Origin: Candidatus Undinarchaeales archaeon
GTDB taxonomy: Archaea; SpSt-1190; JASMDC01
Reading direction: 5' to 3'
Assembly: GCA_030753015.1 (NCBI GenBank)
Contig: JASMDC010000012.1
Span: 28,734 to 92,733, forward strand
Length of the DNA: 64,000 nt
Shown: positions 45,256-54,617 of the stretch, one piece after another
Numbering within the stretch: the stretch's first letter is position 1
Layout: each line of letters begins with the position of its first letter
Made by a program: the position numbers and the translations under genes
Notes under the pieces: generated by a model
What the model saw: only the letters and a program-made list of their open reading frames with translations
What the model was told of the DNA's origin: nothing
Databases searched by the model: none

Positions 45256-45693
45256 GTGGTGCTCGACGAGACCACTCTGCGCGCACGTGCTCACGCCTAC
45301 TTCGTGGCATGTGCCATGACGTCACAGAACGAAGGCCTGTGTACTTCTACATTCGATGCCCTTTTAAGGTCATTCCTCCAGAGCGAGGAGCGTGATGAGC
45401 TCCTGCGGGCGGCCATCGTCACCATCAACATCTATGTGGACACGGGTTCTGAGCATGACTTGTTAACAACGAACCTACCACCACGTGAGCTACTGCACGA
45501 CCATCTCCAGGATGCACTTGAGAGCCATGAGCGCGACATGCTGGATGATGAGGATTGGGACAACCTGCTCCTCTTTCTCGAGGCGAAACTCTTCCATGCG
45601 AACATACTTGTGAGCCCCGCTCTCCAGTCCCATTCGAACCTGGACCTGATGCAGGTCGATCCGCTGATGTTCGAGCTCGAGCATCTCTTCTAG
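45256..45693 (+). CDS. Hypothetical acidic protein
   Basis: 145-aa ORF with GGGGAG upstream; no recognisable motif. Confidence 0.65.
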   Translation: MVLDETTLRARAHAYFVACAMTSQNEGLCTSTFDALLRSFLQSEERDELLRAAIVTINIYVDTGSEHDLLTTNLPPRELLHDHLQDALESHERDMLDDEDWDNLLLFLEAKLFHANILVSPALQSHSNLDLMQVDPLMFELEHLF

Positions 45694-45767
45694 TGGATCT
45701 CTCCAGACGCTCCCGAAACCCATTCTGTTAGTACGGAGTCGTCCTTTCCAAGGCCAAGAACGGGCGC

Positions 45768-47447
45768 TTAGGCGGTTCTGACATTCGCCGCGTCCTTGAG
45801 GTCCTGCTCTTTAATAGCCCATTCTCGCAGCTTGAACTTCTGTACCTTGCCAGAAGCGGTCATTGGGTACTCCTCCAAGAAGAAGAAGTACTTCGGAATC
45901 TTGTGGCGAGCGATGCGGTCCATAGAGTACTCACGCAGCTCACCTTCGGTAAGTTCCTGGCCCTCAGCGGTAATGATGGCGCAGGCCACCTGTTCACCGT
46001 ACTTTACGTCCGGTACGCCGAACACCTGCACATCCTTGACCTTGTCGTGTGTGTAGTAGAACTCCTCGATCTCCCGGGGAAAGATGTTCTCACCACCACG
46101 GATGATCATGTTCTTGATGCGGCCGGTGATCTTGCAGTACCCGGCCTCGTCCATGGTGGCAAGGTCGCCCGTGTGGAGCCAACCTTCGGCGTCTATGGTA
46201 TTGGCCGTGGCGTCCTCCATCTTATAGTACCCCTTCATGACCAGATAACCCCTTGTGCACAGTTCGCCCTGGACGCTCCGGGGCACCTCCGCGCCGGTCT
46301 CTGTGTCCACGATCTTGACATCCACGTCTGGAAGGGCCCGGCCAACCGTCTCCACGCGCAGCTTGACAGGGTCCTTGGTGCGGGTCTGGGTGATGACCGG
46401 CGACGCCTCGGTCTGGCCATAAGCGATGGTTATCTCGGTCATGTTCATCTTGTCCATCACCTGCTTCATGACCTCGAGGGGGCAGGGTGCCCCCGCCATG
46501 ATGCCCGTGCGCAATGAGGAGACGTCGTACTTCGCGAAGTCCGGGTGGTTAAGCTCCATGATGAACATGGTGGGCACGCCCACCAGTATGGTGCACTGCG
46601 CCTTGGACACGGCCTCGAGCACCTCCTTGGGATTGAAAGTAACGATAGGGATCATTGTGACGGCATAGCAGACGCAGTTGAGCGTGGACAGCACGCACCC
46701 GAAGCAGTGGAAGAACGGGACTGGGATGCACATGCGCTCCTGCCCCTCTTTGAGGTCCATGCAGGCACCCACGTTGTACGCGTTGTTGACGATGTTGAAG
46801 TGGGTGAGCATCACGCCCTTGGGGAATCCTGTAGTGCCCGAGGTGTACTGCATGTTGATGGTCTCGTTCGGATCGCAGCTGGACTGGACAATGGCCAGTT
46901 CCTCGTCAGTGACATCCTTCCCGAGATCCTCGAGAACCGAGAAGTTGAACATACCGTCCGGCCTCCCCTCACCCATGTACAGGACGTTCTTGAGGTATGG
47001 GATCTTGCTGCATGAGAGCCTCCCGGGCTCAGAGTCCTTCAGCTCGGGGATCACCATATTGATGGTCTCGATGTAGTCGCAGTCACGGAACCTGTCGATG
47101 AGGAAGAGGGTGGTCGCATCGGACTGCTTGAGGATGTACTCGAGCTCGTGTGCCTTGTAGCTCGTGTTGACCGTGACCAGGATGGCACCGATCTTACCGG
47201 TGGCGAACTGGAGGATGACCCACTCAGGTATATTCGTGGCCCAGATAGCCACATGGTCCCCCTTCTTTATACCTAGTCGCAGCAGGCCTTTGGCGACGAT
47301 GTTGCACTTCTCGCGAAACTGAGCGTAAGTGTAGCGCAGGTCCCGGTCCGCGTAGACCAAGGCTTCCGTGTCCGGGTAATTGGTTGCGGTCCTGTCCAGC
47401 AGGTCGCCGACGGTGATCTTCATTTCGGATGACAATGCACGTTCCAC
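45768..47447 (-). CDS. AMP-forming acyl-CoA synthetase (long-chain fatty acid-CoA ligase-like)
   Basis: YTSGTTGFPKG, YGQTE, GWLHTGD, GR.K.MIIRGGEN, SGKVQK. Confidence 0.96.
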   Translation of the reverse strand: MERALSSEMKITVGDLLDRTATNYPDTEALVYADRDLRYTYAQFREKCNIVAKGLLRLGIKKGDHVAIWATNIPEWVILQFATGKIGAILVTVNTSYKAHELEYILKQSDATTLFLIDRFRDCDYIETINMVIPELKDSEPGRLSCSKIPYLKNVLYMGEGRPDGMFNFSVLEDLGKDVTDEELAIVQSSCDPNETINMQYTSGTTGFPKGVMLTHFNIVNNAYNVGACMDLKEGQERMCIPVPFFHCFGCVLSTLNCVCYAVTMIPIVTFNPKEVLEAVSKAQCTILVGVPTMFIMELNHPDFAKYDVSSLRTGIMAGAPCPLEVMKQVMDKMNMTEITIAYGQTEASPVITQTRTKDPVKLRVETVGRALPDVDVKIVDTETGAEVPRSVQGELCTRGYLVMKGYYKMEDATANTIDAEGWLHTGDLATMDEAGYCKITGRIKNMIIRGGENIFPREIEEFYYTHDKVKDVQVFGVPDVKYGEQVACAIITAEGQELTEGELREYSMDRIARHKIPKYFFFLEEYPMTASGKVQKFKLREWAIKEQDLKDAANVRTA

Positions 47448-47722
47448 TCCATTACGTGCCTTTTGAAATTGTTTTTAAATCTTGGCTTGATAGTTTTAAA
47501 AGACTAAGACATAAGGCACTATTCCCTAAGAATACTAGGGATTACTCATCTGATATGATAAAGTTTTAACAACGGGAAATGTACAAATGGCAACATGCCA
47601 GTCCGCTCACTCACTCCATCTTCCCTCTCAGACATACTCACCTTCTCCCTCTTCAGCAGCATGGGGACGACCTGCAAAACCTTTTTAACCATCGGCCTGG
47701 CAGCTGGCGACAGGTTAACAAC

Positions 47723-48376
47723 ATGCGCATCATCATGCTCGGCCCCCCCGGGGCAGGAAAAGGCACCTATGCCAAGCGGCTCGTCCAGAGGTTCGACATC
47801 CCCCAGATCTCCACGGGGGACATCCTCCGCGCCGCGGTAAAGGAGGGCTCGGAACTTGGGAAGAAGGCCAAGTCATTCATGGACTCCGGTTCCCTTGTCC
47901 CTGACGACCTCATCATGGATATAATCCGTGAGAGGATATCTCAGGACGACTGCGGATCCGGCTTCATCTTCGATGGCTTCCCCCGCACCATCCCTCAGGC
48001 TGAGTCTCTCAGTGTGCTCCTGAAGGAGCTGAACATCCGACTCAATGCCGTGGTCAATGTGGACCTCGCTGATGATATCCTCGTCCGTCGGCTAACCAGT
48101 CGCCGAACATGTGCCAAGTGCGGCGAGATCTTCAACGTGCTGAGCATGCCCCCAAAGGTCGAGGGTGTGTGCGACAAGTGCGGTGGAGAGCTGATGCAGC
48201 GGGACGATGAGAAAGAGGACACTATCCGCCACCGTCTCGAGGTGTACAAGGAGGAGACGTACCCTCTCATCGCCTTTTACAAGGATTCCGGATTGCTCAA
48301 GAGCATCGCGCCCGAGGCTGACGGTTCCGTCGAAGCCAACGTGGCCGCGATCCTCAAAGCACTCGGTACTGAGTGA
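47723..48376 (+). CDS. adk: Adenylate kinase (long type with zinc-binding LID)
   Basis: GPPGAGKGT, STGDILR, FDGFPRT, CAKC...CDKC, QRDD; start MRII at 47723 behind TTTTTAA. Confidence 0.97.
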   Translation: MRIIMLGPPGAGKGTYAKRLVQRFDIPQISTGDILRAAVKEGSELGKKAKSFMDSGSLVPDDLIMDIIRERISQDDCGSGFIFDGFPRTIPQAESLSVLLKELNIRLNAVVNVDLADDILVRRLTSRRTCAKCGEIFNVLSMPPKVEGVCDKCGGELMQRDDEKEDTIRHRLEVYKEETYPLIAFYKDSGLLKSIAPEADGSVEANVAAILKALGTE

Positions 48377-48385
48377 ACAATGGGC

Positions 48386-48414
48386 GCCGCGTCCCCCGTT
48401 CTGGGGGGCGCGGC
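48386..48414 (+). terminator. GC-rich hairpin after adk
   Basis: GCCGCGTCCCCC-GTTCT-GGGGGGCGCGGC. Confidence 0.55.
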
Positions 48415-48477
48415 AGCGGCATATACCGGACGAATCTTTAAAAACGATCAGCGTTCCTTACTAATCTACCCCCCCCG

Positions 48478-50538
48478 GTGGTTTCAATGGAACGATTCAA
48501 CGAGTTATACCTCCGTTTCAAGCCCGAGATAACACTTGCGGCCATTGTCCTTGTGTTCAGTACACTGCTATCCCTCACCTTCCATATAGGAACGGATGTC
48601 GCTGCACTGGAAACGGGAATAGTGGCGCACGCACCCCCAGCGGCCCCGGAGCCGCCCCCTGTGACCAATGCACCTGTGGTCCAGCCACCCACTGAGTCGG
48701 TCATCATCGATCCGACCCTGTCTACAGAGCAACCAATCGAGGAACCGGTCGAAGAGGACGTGCCTGTCGAGGAGGCTCCCGCGCCCACTCCCGCCCCGGA
48801 CATCGACACCGATGCCGAGGACGCTGATGTGCTCGTTACCGAGGAGGTGTACGGCACTATCGACGGTGACACGTTCACCATCGATCGAAGTGATGGTAGG
48901 GTGCGCATCAGGAACGAAGGCACCCGTGACCGTATCTGGGACATCAATCTTTACATCGAGGACCAGGAGAATACGTCCTTCGAGGTCGATGTCGTGCATG
49001 TGCCGGAGCTCAAACCCGGGGCACAGGAAGAGCTCTCCTACGAAGTCACCCTCGATGAGAGCCCCATCATCGTGGAGGAGTCCTACGACGCCGATGCGGA
49101 CATGAAGGGCACCCAGGCTTACATGGTGTACGGTGACGAAACGACCTTCGAGCTCACCATCACTCTCACCAATCCCCAAGAGTTCCCCCTGGAGGTCGAC
49201 CTTACCAAGCCCGCCCCTGAGGGGATGGCCTCGGTGCGCCTCGACGCTTCGTCCGGTGAAGCGTACTACGATGAGGAAAAGCGGCTCTTCACCTGGAAAG
49301 GCTCAATGGAGCCTAACGAGACCGTCGATCTCACTCTGGCCGGGAAGATCAGCGTTGACAATGAGGAAGTTTTCACAATGGAGCCCGGCACCCTATCAGT
49401 CACTGCTGAGGGCCTTTTCTCACACATGAAGCTGGTCCGGAGCGAGGGGATGTCCTCCAACAGGTTCGCGATCGACAAGAGGCAGGATGCCAAGAATCCC
49501 GACAAATGGTACGTCACCGTGTTCCTCAAGAACCTCTCGGAGTTCGACTGCCGAGTGAACCAGGTGGACATCCACGAGAACGGGATGGAGGCCGGTCTCC
49601 TCGAGCGGTTCATGCCTGACGAGCTCCTTGAGCCCGGGGCCACGTGGGAAGCGGACTTCGTGGTCCGGTCGGAGGACGTGCCTGCTCTCGGTCACAGGAC
49701 GAGCATTACGATGCTCCCCGGTATCGTCACACGCCAGAAGGGTGAGTTCAAGTTCGGAGGGCTCGAGGTCGATGTGGCGCGCGCTACCATCAGCAAGGAG
49801 CTTGATCGTGCTGTCCTCAAGCTCGGTGAGAAGGAGAAGGTGGGTGTTGTCATCTTCGTGGAGAGCCTGGGACCGGCAACCATCCACTCGATAACTGTGG
49901 AGGACGAGGTCCCCGCCGGGTTCGACATCCGTGATATCAAGGTGGAGTTCGAGGACCACACTATCCGCAAGGACATAACCTCGGACACCACCCGCAAAAA
50001 GGGTGATGGTAAGATCACCTTCATCGTGGATGATATCGAAGAGGCCTTCGGTAAGGACATGGAGCGTGGTGATTTCTTCGAGATCACGTACGAGCTCCTC
50101 TCGACAGGCGCCATCGAGGGTACGTACGAGACCGATATCTGGGGACACGCGAACACGGACCCCGCCGGCACTCCCATCCCACTGGAAGCTGTGGAGGAGG
50201 TACCGCTCATGAAGGTCACCAAGGGCCTTCAGGGTATCTTCATGAGCAAGGACCTGGTCTCCACACTGCGGGACGATGAGATCAAGTTCGTCATCTACAT
50301 GAAGAACAAGGGTCATGTCCCCTTGGAGGGCCTCGTCATCAGGGACCTGTTCCCCGATGGCTTTGATCTGGTCAGCTCCTCAGAGGAGTACGAGATCGTC
50401 CACACGACAGAGAAGGGTGTGGTCGCACAGTGGACCGTGGACCGACTTGAGATTGACGCTGAGCACGAGCTCACGTACGTCCTCCGTGGCTCGGGGGACT
50501 ACAGCATTTCCGATGCTGTGGTCATGATTGGTGGATAG
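48478..50538 (+). CDS. Membrane-anchored multi-beta-sandwich protein with DUF11-like C-terminal domains
   Basis: N-terminal TM, Pro/Glu linker, then about 5 beta domains (ISK...V.....G.......V.D.VP.GF; MSK.....KN.G...L..L.I.D.FP.GF). Confidence 0.85.
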   Translation: MVSMERFNELYLRFKPEITLAAIVLVFSTLLSLTFHIGTDVAALETGIVAHAPPAAPEPPPVTNAPVVQPPTESVIIDPTLSTEQPIEEPVEEDVPVEEAPAPTPAPDIDTDAEDADVLVTEEVYGTIDGDTFTIDRSDGRVRIRNEGTRDRIWDINLYIEDQENTSFEVDVVHVPELKPGAQEELSYEVTLDESPIIVEESYDADADMKGTQAYMVYGDETTFELTITLTNPQEFPLEVDLTKPAPEGMASVRLDASSGEAYYDEEKRLFTWKGSMEPNETVDLTLAGKISVDNEEVFTMEPGTLSVTAEGLFSHMKLVRSEGMSSNRFAIDKRQDAKNPDKWYVTVFLKNLSEFDCRVNQVDIHENGMEAGLLERFMPDELLEPGATWEADFVVRSEDVPALGHRTSITMLPGIVTRQKGEFKFGGLEVDVARATISKELDRAVLKLGEKEKVGVVIFVESLGPATIHSITVEDEVPAGFDIRDIKVEFEDHTIRKDITSDTTRKKGDGKITFIVDDIEEAFGKDMERGDFFEITYELLSTGAIEGTYETDIWGHANTDPAGTPIPLEAVEEVPLMKVTKGLQGIFMSKDLVSTLRDDEIKFVIYMKNKGHVPLEGLVIRDLFPDGFDLVSSSEEYEIVHTTEKGVVAQWTVDRLEIDAEHELTYVLRGSGDYSISDAVVMIGG

Positions 50539-50541
50539 GGC

Positions 50542-50862
50542 CTAGCCCTTTCCCCCCTTTCCCTTCTTCTTCTTCTTCTTCTTCTTCTTCCCCCCTTTCT
50601 TCAGCAGTTCCTCCACACGCTTCTTTGTACCTTCGTCAAGGGCGGCCGGCTTGATGAGCTCATCAGCGGGCTTCACCTCGAAGGGTGACGTAGGTTTTTT
50701 GCCATACTTCTTGAGGAAATCAGCGATGCTCACGGTGATGCCCTGAGCGCACACTTCGCACAGTTTCGCTATCCGCTCGTCATGAGCGATGATACGCACC
50801 TGCTTCCGCTTCTTGCACACAGAGCAAATGCCTTCCTCGAACTGGAGGGAAATCCCGGCCAT
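50542..50862 (-). CDS. Small zinc-ribbon protein with poly-Lys tail
   Basis: CSVC...CEVC; C-terminus KKGGKKKKKKKKKGKGGKG encoded by an AAG run. Confidence 0.8.
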   Translation of the reverse strand: MAGISLQFEEGICSVCKKRKQVRIIAHDERIAKLCEVCAQGITVSIADFLKKYGKKPTSPFEVKPADELIKPAALDEGTKKRVEELLKKGGKKKKKKKKKGKGGKG

Positions 50863-50920
50863 GGTAACTTATCGCCTTCAGTGAAAAGCTTAAGTGTTTA
50901 TCAGCCGGTCCCGTGCATCA

Positions 50921-51451
50921 ATGGGCGCAGGCTTTATCGAGGTGGCACTCAAGCCCAAGAGTGAAAGCCGGTTCTTCCAGGACTTCCGTTCGCGTGTGAA
51001 GAACCTCTTCTTCGTTGCAGGAAAGTACGACCTGTTCGTGGAGGTGAACATCGGGGACATGGCAGAGCTCCTCGACTTCCTCCATGAGGTCCAGCATCAG
51101 GAGTACGTGATACGTTCACGTGTATCCTTGGTGCTCAAGGTGCTCAAGGATGAGGAGCGGACCTTAAAGGACCTATCCGAGGAGGAGAAGGACGGGATGT
51201 TCAATGAATCGATCCACGCGTTCATCGGCATCCATTCCAAGGATGGCTGTGCTGCCGCGACCGTCAAGGACCTGCCTGATATCAAGCGGCTGTTCACCAT
51301 CCGCGGCCATCATGAGATGCTCGCCTACCTCATGTGCGCGAACATGTCGGACGTACTGCATAACCTAATGGAGATCCGTACTAAGCATGCTGTCAGCGAC
51401 ACACAGACGTACTTCATCCTCCGTGCAGAGCGGGCACCGCAATTCGTATAG
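50921..51451 (+). CDS. Tandem Lrp/AsnC ligand-binding (RAM) domain protein without HTH
   Basis: VAGKYDLFVEV...M.EL..F...V and IRGHHEMLAYL...M..V...L..IR....V.DTQT, two AsnC-C-like units. Confidence 0.75.
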   Translation: MGAGFIEVALKPKSESRFFQDFRSRVKNLFFVAGKYDLFVEVNIGDMAELLDFLHEVQHQEYVIRSRVSLVLKVLKDEERTLKDLSEEEKDGMFNESIHAFIGIHSKDGCAAATVKDLPDIKRLFTIRGHHEMLAYLMCANMSDVLHNLMEIRTKHAVSDTQTYFILRAERAPQFV

Positions 51452-51460
51452 TCGAACTGC

Positions 51461-52816
51461 TCACCGGCGGTACATCACCGTGTAGGTGAGCTCTGCCTCA
51501 CCACGGTTGGGCACAGGAATTGAAAACTCTACTGCCTTCGGCTTCTTATCATAGGTCCTGTCAGATGTGACAACGGACCAGTCGCCGCTGTGGTGCTCCA
51601 CGACGCTCACCGCGACCTCTGTGTACTTCTGGTTGATGAACTTAATGTGATAGCTCTCGCGGAAAGCGGTTTCGGTTAGATTCATGCTCTCTGGGACGGT
51701 GCGCTCTACTCTGATATCGGGCTCGTTCCGCACAAGGAATCGGATGGCCTCGTTACGGGGCGTGTGGAACAGGGCGTGCTCGTTCAGGTAATGGAGGCTC
51801 CCGTCCTCTTTTATAATGTAAATCCGGACCCGGCCCGGGGGGAGGGGGCTTCCGAGGCCGGACTCCTCGTTATTGGAGAACTCTACCATGGCACCCACCT
51901 TTCCTGGACTGATGGTGTGGTCGTAGAGGTACCCCGTGGTCGCCCGTACATCGTCGGTGCCGGCCAGTGCGACCTGGCGGGTCATGAGGGCGGGGAGAGT
52001 GACCGTTCGAGGGAGCTCATAGACATGGTACTCGGAAGCGGATTCAGTGGGCGCGCCCTCGGTGTGGACGAGGTTGATACGAGCATTCGTGAAGGCCGCT
52101 CCGCACTGGTTGTCTATGGACGCCCACGTGGCGAGGTCGACGGTCGTGCCGTCATCGCCCTCGTTCACAATGGCAACGTACTCGCCCTTCCAGGAAAGTC
52201 CGGTCGTGCTGTACGTGAGCTCGGTGAGATGCTCGCCTTCCTGGCCGTTCCGCAGCCGGAGCACTAGTGCAGGGCTCGAGATGATGGCACCTGCATCGGT
52301 GGAGAACGTCATGCGCCCCACATCGTTGCGTGCAACGAGCGTGAGCTCGTCATCTGTTCCCTCGAGCGCCAGGTATTTACCGTTCGCTGACATGAGACGC
52401 CCGGTCAGCACTTCGCCGTTGGCGTGGATGGTGACGTTGTTCCCCACCGAACGCTCCAGCAGTGCCTCGGTGGTCGCCAGGTCGTGACGGAAGGCCTGGT
52501 CCTGCACCATGAACGTTCCTGGGGCCGAGATCGATGAGAAGTGGACGGATGTCGGGTCCATGAACGAGGAAATGTCGCGGAAACGGACCTCGTTGATGTT
52601 CGCTTTGAGAGGGATCGTGCGCCGGTCGCGGACGAGAGCGAGCCCGTCGTCGTACAGAGTTAGGGCGATACCGGACTCCAGCTCACCGTTATCGGCGAGG
52701 TGGATTGTCGCGGGGGGCGCGTCCAGACCGTTCGCAGGCCAGGTCGGGATGGTCACCAGGACCAGGGCCGCGGTCACGATGATGGCGAGAATGATGGCCG
52801 TGTGGCTCATTGCCAT
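51461..52816 (-). CDS. DUF4139-family exported protein
   Basis: Signal/TM; LTLY...LALVRD.R, DP.SV, Y.T.GLSW...Y, N..G..F.NA...L, N....GLG.PLP.G.VRIY. Confidence 0.85.
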   Translation of the reverse strand: MAMSHTAIILAIIVTAALVLVTIPTWPANGLDAPPATIHLADNGELESGIALTLYDDGLALVRDRRTIPLKANINEVRFRDISSFMDPTSVHFSSISAPGTFMVQDQAFRHDLATTEALLERSVGNNVTIHANGEVLTGRLMSANGKYLALEGTDDELTLVARNDVGRMTFSTDAGAIISSPALVLRLRNGQEGEHLTELTYSTTGLSWKGEYVAIVNEGDDGTTVDLATWASIDNQCGAAFTNARINLVHTEGAPTESASEYHVYELPRTVTLPALMTRQVALAGTDDVRATTGYLYDHTISPGKVGAMVEFSNNEESGLGSPLPPGRVRIYIIKEDGSLHYLNEHALFHTPRNEAIRFLVRNEPDIRVERTVPESMNLTETAFRESYHIKFINQKYTEVAVSVVEHHSGDWSVVTSDRTYDKKPKAVEFSIPVPNRGEAELTYTVMYRR

Positions 52817-52921
52817 GGGGGGCCGTGAGGCCGGTAAGCTTTAAGTGCGTTTAGGCATCTCGCTCACGACCACGGAGGGGGCAAGGTGAGGACCGTTATA
52901 AAGCCGTTCCGGACACGGACC

Positions 52922-53254
52922 GTGAGCCGTGTCGCCATTCGGCCATTCATTCTCATCATTATCCTGTGTGCGATGTGCTTGTGCTTCGGCCCACGACGGC
53001 CTCCACCTAGCGCCACACCCTCCCCTACTCCGAGCCTTCCACCGACCGTTGTGGACGTGGCTTCCCAGCCACCGTCAGAGCAGCAACCCCATAGTGTTGA
53101 CGTGCCCGTGGACGATGAGTCAGATGATCATGCTGTCGTGGAATCCCGAGCACTCTCGGCAACAGGCGAGGGCGATGAGCTCATAGAGGTCCCATCACCT
53201 GCGATCAACGCTTCCGAGCCTGCGCTCGTAGATTCGCACAACAATGGCGGGTGA
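52922..53254 (+). CDS. Possible small membrane-anchored or lipoprotein-like disordered protein
   Basis: Hydrophobic stretch FILIIILCAMCLCF then Pro/Ser/Asp-rich tail; TTATAAAG just upstream; start uncertain. Confidence 0.45.
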   Translation: MSRVAIRPFILIIILCAMCLCFGPRRPPPSATPSPTPSLPPTVVDVASQPPSEQQPHSVDVPVDDESDDHAVVESRALSATGEGDELIEVPSPAINASEPALVDSHNNGG

Positions 53255-53265
53255 ACGTTACCCGC

Positions 53266-54540
53266 TCACGCCTTCTTCTTCTTCGAACGCTTCTTGGACT
53301 TGGCGACGGCGGGATCTTTTCCCTTACGGGATTCCTCCGCGGCCTGGAAGACCATCTGTGCAGAGGCATGGTCCCGCCACATGGTCAGGTCCCGCTTCTC
53401 ACGCAGCGACTTCCCATAGATCTCCACGGCGTTCGCAAAGGCTCCGAGGATGATCGGACCGATAAAGAATCCGGAGATACCGTACACGAAGGGTCCTGAG
53501 ATCATCCCCAGTAGAAGATAGAACGGGTGAAGTGTATCGGTCTTTCGGGACACCCATGCGTACATCATTTGGCTGACTATGGTGAGGATGACGGCCAGGA
53601 GGAGCATTTCGATCCCTGTTCGCCACTCGAAAGAAGCGAAATTGAAGAGAGCCAGCACGAAAGGGACCAGAGATCCACCGATGATGGGGACGAGGGCCAC
53701 TATGGTCGTCACCACGGCCAGGAGGAGCGGATCGCCGTAGCCGATGGCCACGTAGCCGGGGAACGAAACGACACCGATGAGAAAAGAGAGCGAAAAGTGG
53801 GAGAAGATTACCCCGCGTGCCATGCGGTCCGTCTCTCCAAGGAATTCCTGGACCATGCCGACCTTCTCAGAGGGGAACATGAGCACAATACCAAGAATAG
53901 CCTTCTCACCGTCCAGGAGAAAGTAGTAGGTCAGGAACATTATCAGCAGGAGTGCGAAGAAGAGACTGGAGAGCTCGGAGAGGGATCCGAGTATATTCTG
54001 TGTCACGGCTTCTGAAGACACGGCCTCATTGATGTACTCGCCAATCTTGATGTTCGTCACGTTGATGCCTAGATCGGCCCCGGTACGCATCTCTACGGTA
54101 TCAATGAGCCCATTGGCCTTACCGATAAGCTCCTCTTTGTTGCCCTCGTAGAATTCGGAGCCATGCTGAAAGACCTGGTTGAGGATGAAGATGGAGTAGA
54201 CGAACATGATGAGCCCGGCCACGCTGATAAAGAGGGCGATGAAGAAGATGGATATGTCGCGCTTCCCGACCTTGCTTGAGAAGGCCTTCTCAAGGGGGTG
54301 GAAGAGATAAGCCAGGAAGGCGGATGCCAGGACCAGGTTGAAGAAAGGGTAGACCGTGTAGAACGAGACGAGCCCGAGCACGATGCAAAGGGCGAGGAAG
54401 AAGCTTACGTTCCCTGACGCGCGCTCGACCTCCTTGTCAAGCGCCTCCCGCTGGAGCTGGGCGTCATCGTAGTGCTCGTGGAGGGTCGCAGCGACCTCAT
54501 CGCTGGTAGGGTATTCCACCGGGGAGGAAATGGTCTTCAA
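53266..54540 (-). CDS. AI-2E (PerM/UPF0118) family transporter
   Basis: LAYLF.PL, YYFLLDG, VPIIG, LHP...L.G...G...G..G...GP pattern. Confidence 0.92.
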   Translation of the reverse strand: MKTISSPVEYPTSDEVAATLHEHYDDAQLQREALDKEVERASGNVSFFLALCIVLGLVSFYTVYPFFNLVLASAFLAYLFHPLEKAFSSKVGKRDISIFFIALFISVAGLIMFVYSIFILNQVFQHGSEFYEGNKEELIGKANGLIDTVEMRTGADLGINVTNIKIGEYINEAVSSEAVTQNILGSLSELSSLFFALLLIMFLTYYFLLDGEKAILGIVLMFPSEKVGMVQEFLGETDRMARGVIFSHFSLSFLIGVVSFPGYVAIGYGDPLLLAVVTTIVALVPIIGGSLVPFVLALFNFASFEWRTGIEMLLLAVILTIVSQMMYAWVSRKTDTLHPFYLLLGMISGPFVYGISGFFIGPIILGAFANAVEIYGKSLREKRDLTMWRDHASAQMVFQAAEESRKGKDPAVAKSKKRSKKKKA

Positions 54541-54579
54541 GCTTTTTTAACCTGAGCGTTAACCTTTGGGAAAAAGGGA

Positions 54580-54606
54580 GAAGGCCGGGACAGGATCCCG
54601 GCCTTC
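54580..54606 (-). terminator. 11-bp hairpin plus pyrimidine tract just 3' of the second giant gene
   Basis: GAAGGCCGGGA-N5-TCCCGGCCTTC followed on the minus strand by TCCCTTTTTCCC. Confidence 0.75.
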
Positions 54607-54617
54607 GTTCTTTCTGC

